From: a virus
IMG/VR virus record: IMGVR_UViG_3300026270_000002
Strand: one strand, 5' to 3'
DNA: 42,147 nucleotides
The notes beneath the pieces are model-generated. The model was not told the DNA's origin, searched no databases, and worked only from the letters and a program-made list of their open reading frames with translations. Each line of letters starts with the position of its first letter. Positions within the stretch are counted from its first letter, which is position 1. The position numbers and the translations under genes are program-made. This document shows, in pieces, positions 1 to 6,227 of this stretch.

Positions 1-99
1 CCACATGGCGATAGTAATAATGATGGTAAATTTTTACGAGCTAATAACGGTGCAGACCCTACATATGAAACTGTTAATACTGATTTAAGTGCTGACAGT
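1..99. repeat. Terminal overlap copy 1: identical to 42049-42147 (circular or circularly permuted genome, unit length 42,048 bp)
   Basis: Direct comparison: ccacatggcgatagtaataatgatgg...gatttaagtgctgacagt occurs at both ends of the window. Confidence 0.95.
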
Positions 100-1620
100 T
101 CACCTCAATTAGGTGCTGATCTAGATACGAATGGTAATGATATTGATTTTGCTGATGGCGATAAAGCAACTTTTGGTGCTAGTCAAGATTTAGTTGTACG
201 TCACAGTAATAGTGACAACAATTCTTATGTAGAAGAATCAGGTGGTGGTAGTTTAGTTGTTAAGTCAGATGATTTTTATTTACAAAATGCTGGTGCTAAC
301 CATACACAAATAAAATCTGATTCAGATGCTGAAGTAGAACTTTCACATAATGGTACACCAAAATTCCAAACTACACAGGACGGAGCAAAAATTTTAGGTA
401 CTGGTAATCTTATATTACCTGCTGGAGATACAAGTCAAAGAGGTACAGGTCAAGCTGGTTCTATTAGATATAACACCCAGACATCTATGTTAGAAATACA
501 TAATGGAACTACATGGGTAGGAGTTGGCAAAAGTACACCACAAATTGTAAGCGTAACTAATCAAACTACTAATGGTGCTGCTGGTACTACTATGGTTATT
601 AAAGGCGAAGGTTTTGTTAGTGGTTGTACTGTTCACTATGTTGGAAATGATGGCACTAATATTGCAGCAGGTTCAGTAACGTTTAATAGTTCTACGCAAC
701 TTACTATTGTGAGTCCAGCATTGACTGTAGCTAAAGCACCTTACGCTATAAAAGTAACTAACCCAGATGGTGGGTTAATAATAGCAGCACCAGAAGTAGA
801 AGTTACTGCGGGTAGTGCACCAAACTGGACAACAGCCCAAGGTCAATTAGGTGGTGGTAGTATACAAAAAAATGCTGCTGTAAATATAACTGTTGCAGCG
901 TCAGACGCAGATGGACAAGCTATTACATACTCTGAGACAACAAGTGTTTTAACATCTAATAGCAATACACCTGCTGCTACTATGAACTTATCGTTAAACA
1001 GTTCGACAGGTGTAATTTCTGGTACATCTCCTAACGTATCCGCAGACACAACATATAACTTTACACTTAGAGCAACTGATACTGCTACTAACTTTTCAGA
1101 CAGAAACTTTTATATTATTGTACAAGCTGCACCACCTCCTAGCTATTGGTTTAGAGGAACATCACAAGGTGGTAATGGTTTAGCAAGTGGCGTAACTTGG
1201 AGTCATACAGGTTATTATCCTAATGCTACTGGTGGATCTAACGCTAACGCAGATAGATTGTATAACTATGGTCAAGGTAATAGCGGTACATACGCTGGCT
1301 TTAGACAAACTGGATATACAAATGGTATTACAATACCTGTAGGACACGACAGATGTGATATTTATATAAGTGCTATTGCTAGATATAACTATTCAAATGG
1401 TAACCAATGGACTTCAACACAACCAAGTGGTAACAGCACAGGTACTGGTGCGTTTGGTAATTTAATGAGCAACCCTAGTACAGGACTGCATACTTATACC
1501 ATACCTTCACAAGATCAAGGTCAAGTAAGGTATTTTATAATGTCGGGATACGCTGGGCAGTATGGTAGCTGGTCACAAGAAGTTACTTTAGTTAAAACAT
1601 ATAATCAAAACAATCCATAA
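1..1620 (+). CDS. Tail fiber / receptor-binding protein 2, 3' part (gene starts at 41986 and wraps through the terminal overlap; about 560 aa in total)
   Basis: Frame 1 is open from nt 1 (PHGDSNNDGKFLRANNGADPTYETVN...) and matches the reading frame of the ORF opening at 41986. The track start at 487 is only an internal Met. It contains an IPT/TIG-like segment (PQIVSVTNQ..MVIKGEGF..AIKVTNPDGG) and a cadherin-like/He_PIG-like Ig segment (ITYSETT..LNSSTGVISGTS..YNFTLRATD). Confidence 0.8.
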   Translation, partial: PHGDSNNDGKFLRANNGADPTYETVNTDLSADSSPQLGADLDTNGNDIDFADGDKATFGASQDLVVRHSNSDNNSYVEESGGGSLVVKSDDFYLQNAGANHTQIKSDSDAEVELSHNGTPKFQTTQDGAKILGTGNLILPAGDTSQRGTGQAGSIRYNTQTSMLEIHNGTTWVGVGKSTPQIVSVTNQTTNGAAGTTMVIKGEGFVSGCTVHYVGNDGTNIAAGSVTFNSSTQLTIVSPALTVAKAPYAIKVTNPDGGLIIAAPEVEVTAGSAPNWTTAQGQLGGGSIQKNAAVNITVAASDADGQAITYSETTSVLTSNSNTPAATMNLSLNSSTGVISGTSPNVSADTTYNFTLRATDTATNFSDRNFYIIVQAAPPPSYWFRGTSQGGNGLASGVTWSHTGYYPNATGGSNANADRLYNYGQGNSGTYAGFRQTGYTNGITIPVGHDRCDIYISAIARYNYSNGNQWTSTQPSGNSTGTGAFGNLMSNPSTGLHTYTIPSQDQGQVRYFIMSGYAGQYGSWSQEVTLVKTYNQNNP

Positions 1621-1750
1621 TTACTTTACCTGTTCTCGCAATTGCCTTGTCATTATACCCATAGTGACGTAAAGAGGACTGATTGCTACTATAAGAAGCA
1701 GAACGACTATGCTCATTACTGAGCAAGCTCGTATTATTGACTCTTTAATC

Positions 1751-1972
1751 ATGAGAAAAATTCTTGATGCTTTAACAATCTTAACCACGATCCTAACTTT
1801 GGGCATTGTTGGTACAGGATTTTATACATACAAATTTGTAAGCAGCGAACAATTCAAAGCTAAGATTATGAACTCTATACTTGGCGAGGTAAAGGGGCTA
1901 TTACCTAACGTCATGGATAACGCATTACCAAAAACAACTGGCATATCTATACCAACACTTCCAAAAAAATAA
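1751..1972 (+). CDS. Small membrane protein (N-terminal TM helix); possible holin/spanin-like late gene
   Basis: ATG at 1751 (MRKILDALTILTTILTLGIVGTGFYTY...) lies in frame inside track ORF 1709-1972. It has one clear hydrophobic helix and follows the tail fiber genes. No family recognised. Confidence 0.5.
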   Translation: MRKILDALTILTTILTLGIVGTGFYTYKFVSSEQFKAKIMNSILGEVKGLLPNVMDNALPKTTGISIPTLPKK

Positions 1973-2626
1973 TTGGAAATACCTGAGATACATATACCTG
2001 ATGTTCATATCCCATACACTTATGTGCCTGACTATGGGCATTCAAATGTACAAATTATAGGTTGCACTTACTACCACAGAGATACAAAAAATACAGGCAA
2101 TAGAAATTTAATAATAGAAGATCCAAATGGGGTTGTGACAAATTGTCCGTACCCTAGTTTTAACCCATTGAACTATGTACCAGATCAATTAACAATTACA
2201 GAAGAGATGCCTAATCTTGCTAACGATAGTGAGATGCCAACTAGTGAGCCACCTAAAACTGAGACAACAAACAATGAAAAAAAAGAAGAAGAATACAAAC
2301 CTTGCCCTCCAAAGAACGCACCATTTAGGGAAGGAGATTACAGAAATGATAAAAAAATTGAAAGATTGGTAAAATATGAAAGAAGTATAGATGGCTCTTG
2401 TGACCCGATCTGGGAAGACGTACCATTCAGAGAAAGTCTTATTGGTACTCCTGAAGTTCTCGTTTCTACTACTGTTATCGGTCTGGTTGCCGGTGGCTCT
2501 GCGGCTCTTGTACCCTTGATACAGGGGGCGGCGAAGTCAACTATAAAACAATTAGGTAAACGTCTAAGTAAATCTAAGGTTTCAAAGAATGAGAGTGAGG
2601 TATCACCTGACCGGGAGGAACAGTAA
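1973..2626 (+). CDS. Hypothetical protein with C-terminal TM anchor
   Basis: TTG start directly abuts the upstream TAA. Cys/Pro/Tyr-rich N-terminal part, acidic-basic linker and a C-terminal hydrophobic helix (VLVSTTVIGLVAGGSAALVPLI). No family recognised; start uncertain. Confidence 0.45.
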   Translation: MEIPEIHIPDVHIPYTYVPDYGHSNVQIIGCTYYHRDTKNTGNRNLIIEDPNGVVTNCPYPSFNPLNYVPDQLTITEEMPNLANDSEMPTSEPPKTETTNNEKKEEEYKPCPPKNAPFREGDYRNDKKIERLVKYERSIDGSCDPIWEDVPFRESLIGTPEVLVSTTVIGLVAGGSAALVPLIQGAAKSTIKQLGKRLSKSKVSKNESEVSPDREEQ

Positions 2627-3287
2627 CTGCAATCCCCTCGCATATTGTTGCAAACTTACCTGTAAATTGAACACCAAGTTTAGCTTGTTCACCACATACT
2701 TTTAGCCGAAACAGAGCGACCTCTAGTTCAGTTTTCTTATACAATAATTCTTGGTTTTTTATATTTATTTCTGTTGCCTGATGACATAGTGCAGGTGATT
2801 TGCCTAATGGAATAGTAAACTGTGCTGATATACCGTAGTTTAAATTGTAGTTATCCTTCTCAAACCTTGGTGTACGCTGATAATATTTGATCTCACCAGT
2901 GTCTTCGTTGTAAATTGGTTGTACAGTTTCTGTTGATATAGGTCGGTTAAATGACCATGAGTCAGTAAGAAAAGGTGTAATGGTAAGGCTAGGTGAACTA
3001 CAAACTATACCCTGTGACATTCTAAATTGAGGGGTTGATTGTGGGGCAATCATGGTGGCATTGTTATTTACCGTTCCCTGTGCGTTACTAGATGGGCTTG
3101 CTACAGTTGTATTAGCAAATACCTTAGTTGGACATAGACAAAGTAAAACTACTGCCCAAACGTGGTTTCTACGGTGGTTGTTGTAGTGGTGTTTATTACT
3201 CTGTTGATTGTGGTAATTGTGTCTAAACCGGGAGAAATTATTGATTCGACCAAGCTGAAAGGCTGACCTTCGTTTACTATTTTCCAT
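2574..3287 (-). CDS. Envelope cassette protein 4: basic N-terminal tail, signal-anchor/signal peptide, beta-rich middle, helical C-terminus
   Basis: 237-aa ORF. The hydrophobic segment VWAVVLLCLCPTKVFA/N starts exactly after the upstream gene's stop. The only canonical start is the ATG at 3287, 139 nt inside the upstream gene. No family recognised. Confidence 0.5.
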   Translation of the reverse strand: MENSKRRSAFQLGRINNFSRFRHNYHNQQSNKHHYNNHRRNHVWAVVLLCLCPTKVFANTTVASPSSNAQGTVNNNATMIAPQSTPQFRMSQGIVCSSPSLTITPFLTDSWSFNRPISTETVQPIYNEDTGEIKYYQRTPRFEKDNYNLNYGISAQFTIPLGKSPALCHQATEINIKNQELLYKKTELEVALFRLKVCGEQAKLGVQFTGKFATICEGIAVTVPPGQVIPHSHSLKP

Positions 3288-3586
3288 CTAGGCACACCTT
3301 CCAACGTAGGACTTGTATATGAAAACTTAATGCCATTAACTGTTTGTTCAGCATCTGCTGTAGGGATTGAATTAATATAGCCATTAACATCTGCACTTTC
3401 TATGTTCGTGCCTGAGACACTTAAAGAATACCCTGTCCGAAACTGATGAGATACCACGGATTCCGTTATAACACTTTGAGTCTGGGAATTTGTGCTTGAA
3501 CTTCCTGTACGGAAGGTAGGTATTACTGGATTTGCAAGGGTTTTGACAGGAAATAATATTATGAATAGCAGCCAAAATTTAGTCAA
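3149..3586 (-). CDS. Envelope cassette protein 3: secreted Ser/Thr-rich protein, paralog-like to protein 2
   Basis: Sec-type signal peptide MTKFWLLFIILFPVKTLA/N. Shares short motifs with the 173-aa neighbour (LSVSGTNIESADV vs YSISGTNITPSV; PFSLVESI vs AFSLTESV). Confidence 0.6.
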   Translation of the reverse strand: MTKFWLLFIILFPVKTLANPVIPTFRTGSSSTNSQTQSVITESVVSHQFRTGYSLSVSGTNIESADVNGYINSIPTADAEQTVNGIKFSYTSPTLEGVPRWKIVNEGQPFSLVESIISPGLDTITTINRVINTTTTTTVETTFGQ

Positions 3587-4100
3587 TGGTTATTGTTACT
3601 GTTGTCGATCCTATGCAACTAGAACCAGATCCAAATGCACCTGAACAGGTATGCACCCCACTACTCAAACTCGTCATCACCCCACTTCCCAAAGTACCCC
3701 CAGATCCTATAGTTGTCTGTCCACCAAGATGTGGTAATGCTGCTATGCCTGACGATGGCGTGATCGCACTTGGAGTTGCGTCACCCATAGTAACTGATTC
3801 AGTAAGAGAAAAAGCTGATCCCGCTGTTGTTACCGCTTTGTCTGTTTGAATCATGGCAGGTACACCTGCGGTCAAGCTGCCTATATTTAAACCACCTATG
3901 GCATTAGATGTTGTAGATCCCCCACTAGTTACAGATGGAGTTATATTTGTACCTGATATTGAATATGTCGTGCCTAATTTATTGGTAACAGAGTACGGCA
4001 TATCTACCGAGATCTGAGCAGATGTCGTGAACTTCTGGGTAATGTCTGCTAATGCTACAGAAGGACTAAACAGTAAAAGTAGTGCTAGTAGTTTTTTCAT
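3579..4100 (-). CDS. Envelope cassette protein 2: secreted Gly/Ser/Thr-rich protein
   Basis: Signal peptide MKKLLALLLLFSPSVALA/D. Low-complexity G/S/T-rich mature part with a C-terminal Cys pair (HTCSGAFGSGSSC). Overlaps the neighbours by 4 and 8 nt, consistent with translational coupling. Confidence 0.65.
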   Translation of the reverse strand: MKKLLALLLLFSPSVALADITQKFTTSAQISVDMPYSVTNKLGTTYSISGTNITPSVTSGGSTTSNAIGGLNIGSLTAGVPAMIQTDKAVTTAGSAFSLTESVTMGDATPSAITPSSGIAALPHLGGQTTIGSGGTLGSGVMTSLSSGVHTCSGAFGSGSSCIGSTTVTITID

Positions 4101-4495
4101 TTTTTTTGTTTAGGATCAACAATTTCTGCACCAATAATTTTAATTGGCGTTTCAATTCTAACTGTTTGATAGCTGCCAGATTGTGATGCTAGTAACTCTT
4201 CTACTTCTTTTTTGTTTAATGGTTTGTCTTCTGGTTTAAATGTACCGTCACCTCTTTTCTTAGCACCTTCCAAACCAAAACTTGCTAATGCACCTGTCAG
4301 CAAACTTGCAGGGAAAGTTATATCTTTGGGTTCGTTGCTGTATCCGGGTAGCGATATGTAGTTAAGGGATACTATAAAACCACTCCATGCAACAACTACA
4401 AGTCGGACAACAACAGATATAAAAGTTAGTTGTTCTTCTTTGTCAGTAATATTTTCTTTGAGTTTTTGTAGAACTCCTTTCTTTTCCTCTGTCAT
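4097..4495 (-). CDS. Envelope cassette protein 1: membrane protein
   Basis: 132-aa ORF with the TM helix FISVVVRLVVVAWSGFIVSL and a second amphipathic segment (ASLLTGALASFGL). First gene of the minus-strand cassette. Confidence 0.6.
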   Translation of the reverse strand: MTEEKKGVLQKLKENITDKEEQLTFISVVVRLVVVAWSGFIVSLNYISLPGYSNEPKDITFPASLLTGALASFGLEGAKKRGDGTFKPEDKPLNKKEVEELLASQSGSYQTVRIETPIKIIGAEIVDPKQKK

Positions 4496-4513
4496 AATAA
4501 GGATTTATTAGTC

Positions 4514-4542
4514 ATACTATACATAATTACCTATTTACGCAA
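4514..4542 (-). promoter_or_regulatory. Sigma70-like promoter for the 4495-2574 cassette
   Basis: The minus strand reads TTGCGT (4542-4537), a 17-nt spacer, then TAGTAT (4519-4514), about 20 nt upstream of the ATG at 4495. Confidence 0.4.
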
Positions 4543-4704
4543 ATGCCAGATGTATATGCAGCACTTATAGGAGCATCTGTTACTGCACTTGTTATGGTGT
4601 TATCTAATATAAGTAGTCGTAGAGAACGAGACATACGAGACATATACTTTAGACTAAACAAGTTATCAGAAGCGGTTAGCAAAATAGAAGGCAAGATCCA
4701 ATAA
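4543..4704 (+). CDS. Small membrane protein (53 aa), missed by the ORF track
   Basis: My translation: MPDVYAALIGASVTALVMVLSNISSRRERDIRDIYFRLNKLSEAVSKIEGKIQ*. It has an N-terminal TM helix and a charged helical tail. First gene of a short plus-strand operon. Confidence 0.5.
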   Translation: MPDVYAALIGASVTALVMVLSNISSRRERDIRDIYFRLNKLSEAVSKIEGKIQ

Positions 4705-4705
4705 C

Positions 4706-4900
4706 GTGTGCTATGTTTGGAAAAACAAACAAACTATGTACAAAATACTAAAACCTATATTATTACGCTTCCTTTCTACGACAGGATGCAAGAGGTTAAT
4801 TGTAGATTTATTACGGACAATTTGTAAGCAGACCTCGAACACATTAGATGACCGTGCAGTAGATCTGCTTGAGCAACAGTTGTTTCCTAAATTAAACTAA
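4706..4900 (+). CDS. Hypothetical small protein (start at GTG 4706 or ATG 4736)
   Basis: ORF-track entry. An in-frame ATG at 4736 would give MYKILKPILLRFL... The stop overlaps the next start (TAATG). Confidence 0.4.
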   Translation: MCYVWKNKQTMYKILKPILLRFLSTTGCKRLIVDLLRTICKQTSNTLDDRAVDLLEQQLFPKLN

Positions 4901-5175
4901 TGACTAAAGAAAAATTTCTCAACATTGAAATTGAAGAGCCACCTGTAGAGTTGCAGTTATCGGTTGAAATGCGAATAAGAGAAATTTTAAAAAGTGATGA
5001 TGTAGTTGGAATAAAAAAATATTGCACACACTTAATAAGACATCAGATGAAACAAGATGTATTTTTAGCAAGTCTATTAGGTAGAGTTATTGAATTAGAA
5101 GCAGCACTTGATAAAAAATACAGGGCAGATGAATTTACTACTATGGACAGAATAAGAAAATTCTTTCATAATTAA
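4900..5175 (+). CDS. Hypothetical helical protein (91 aa)
   Basis: ORF-track entry, coupled to the upstream gene through a TAATG overlap. No family recognised with confidence. Confidence 0.5.
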   Translation: MTKEKFLNIEIEEPPVELQLSVEMRIREILKSDDVVGIKKYCTHLIRHQMKQDVFLASLLGRVIELEAALDKKYRADEFTTMDRIRKFFHN

Positions 5176-5193
5176 AATAAAAGGAGTTTTATT

Positions 5194-5253
5194 ATGCCAA
5201 AAGGAAAAGGTACTTACGGAACTAAAGTTGGTAGACCACCAAAGAAAAAGTAA
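5194..5253 (+). CDS. Micro-ORF encoding a 19-aa Lys/Gly/Pro-rich peptide (MPKGKGTYGTKVGRPPKKK)
   Basis: AAGGAG (5180-5185) lies 8 nt upstream of the ATG at 5194. The ORF is followed by a hairpin terminator. The GRP core is flanked by basic residues and resembles an AT-hook. Confidence 0.45.
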   Translation: MPKGKGTYGTKVGRPPKKK

Positions 5254-5301
5254 GCGTGGTCTACTAGGCTCTAGTCTCTTCCCCAAAATCTAGAGTCGAT
5301 A

Positions 5302-5346
5302 CCTCAGAGTGTTCTTCTGGTCTGCTCACTCTGGGGTATTTTATTT
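5302..5346 (+). terminator. Rho-independent terminator between convergent units (possibly bidirectional)
   Basis: Stem cctcagagtg (5302-5311) pairs with cactctgggg (5327-5336) with one G-U pair. It is followed by tattttattt. Confidence 0.65.
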
Positions 5347-5635
5347 AAAAAGGTATATCGTTATCGTTTCCTTTATACGATGGAGGTATGTCTTTGCGGT
5401 TAGCTTGGTAGTCATTATCTACATCAAACATATTTACCATTATTGATCCAGAATTTTCTTTGCCACTAAAGTCAGGTATCCCTGCAAAGTTTATCCATTT
5501 ATCTAACAGCATAAATTGTTTGCCTTGGTCATTCTCCATAATGACTCCAATGTTAACCCAATTTGCCTTGGGATTACCATCCCTATCTTTGTACTCTCGT
5601 GTCTTGACGGATAGGTTCTTGATCTTTCGTGCCAT
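5345..5635 (-). CDS. ssb: Short single-stranded DNA-binding protein-like protein
   Basis: Start taken at MARKIKNLSV (ATG at 5635). The C-terminus ...KGNDNDIPF resembles the bacterial SSB acidic tip (DDDIPF). The body is only about 96 aa, so the OB-fold is assumed rather than seen. Confidence 0.55.
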   Translation of the reverse strand: MARKIKNLSVKTREYKDRDGNPKANWVNIGVIMENDQGKQFMLLDKWINFAGIPDFSGKENSGSIMVNMFDVDNDYQANRKDIPPSYKGNDNDIPF

Positions 5636-5999
5636 AAGGAATTTCCTGTAGTATGCGTATGCGGACAAAACCACCAAGGTAGTCTTGATCCATTGTTGAT
5701 ATAACAGTATTAAAACGTTTATCGTTTATGCGTAGTGCATCTGCGAGTCCGTCAATACCTGCCTTCATTCTAGCAACTAAATTGTCTCGGTCATAACTTC
5801 GTCTGTCTGGTGGTATAAACGTCATTTCTAATACTAATTTTTCTGGCAAAGAATCATATTTATATTTTTTTAGTTGTAATTTTGTAGCAGTATGACAGTT
5901 TTGTCTGTATTGTTTCTTCGCTCTAGCTACTTGTGCCCAGTGCTTTCTTGCGTTTGGGGAGAGATCTGTTGGCGGCCAACCCAATACTATCTCAATCAT
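5583..5999 (-). CDS. rusA: RusA-family Holliday junction resolvase
   Basis: MIEIVLGWPPTDLSPNARKHW..., then PDRRSYDRDNLVARMKAGIDGLADAL. The size and the D..DN...K...D pattern are typical of RusA. Confidence 0.8.
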   Translation of the reverse strand: MIEIVLGWPPTDLSPNARKHWAQVARAKKQYRQNCHTATKLQLKKYKYDSLPEKLVLEMTFIPPDRRSYDRDNLVARMKAGIDGLADALRINDKRFNTVISTMDQDYLGGFVRIRILQEIPYGTKDQEPIRQDTRVQR

Positions 6000-6159
6000 T
6001 TTCTAACCTCTTTATTTCTGCCTTAATACGGTCATGGTTAACCTGCCAAAACCTACTATCTAAATCTTCAAACCACCATTGCCTATCTAATTCTGCAAGT
6101 TGGCATTTGTACCTTGCAATTTTTAAAATAGTTTCTTCCTTCATAGTTACTTGCTCCAT
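5992..6159 (-). CDS. Small hypothetical protein (55 aa, or 50 aa from ATG 6144), missed by the ORF track
   Basis: My translation: MEQVTMKEETILKIARYKCQLAELDRQWWFEDLDSRFWQVNHDRIKAEIKRLEND*. Its stop overlaps the rusA start (ATGATTGA). Confidence 0.35.
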   Translation of the reverse strand: MEQVTMKEETILKIARYKCQLAELDRQWWFEDLDSRFWQVNHDRIKAEIKRLEND

Positions 6160-6227
6160 AGTTTAATTAATAATTCTAGTTCTTTGATGCGTGTTTTAGC
6201 TGCTGCAATCTTTTGTTCAGTTGTCAT
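6147..6227 (-). CDS. Possible 26-aa micro-ORF (MTTEQKIAAAKTRIKELELLIKLWSK)
   Basis: The ATG overlaps the stop of the upstream gene (TAATG). It fills the gap between 6227 and 6159. Very short, so weakly supported. Confidence 0.2.
   Translation of the reverse strand: MTTEQKIAAAKTRIKELELLIKLWSK

Noticed and set aside
1663-1692. Degenerate relative of the late motif (AGTGACGTAA, then TACTAT after a 17-nt spacer) upstream of the 1751-2626 genes
   Set aside because: It lacks 3 of the 12 motif positions, and the downstream box differs. It is plausible as a weak promoter but too degenerate to count as a fifth copy without experimental or comparative support.
1621-1806. Minus-strand 61-aa ORF downstream of the fiber gene
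   Set aside because: It is antisense to the small TM gene, has no RBS and gives a hydrophobic nonsense-like translation.
4900-5175. Faint resemblance of the 91-aa protein (LSVEMRIREILKSDD..LIRHQMKQDVFL) to NblA phycobilisome-degradation proteins
   Set aside because: The resemblance rests on a few spaced residues in a helical protein. The length differs and the host is unknown. Too weak to call.
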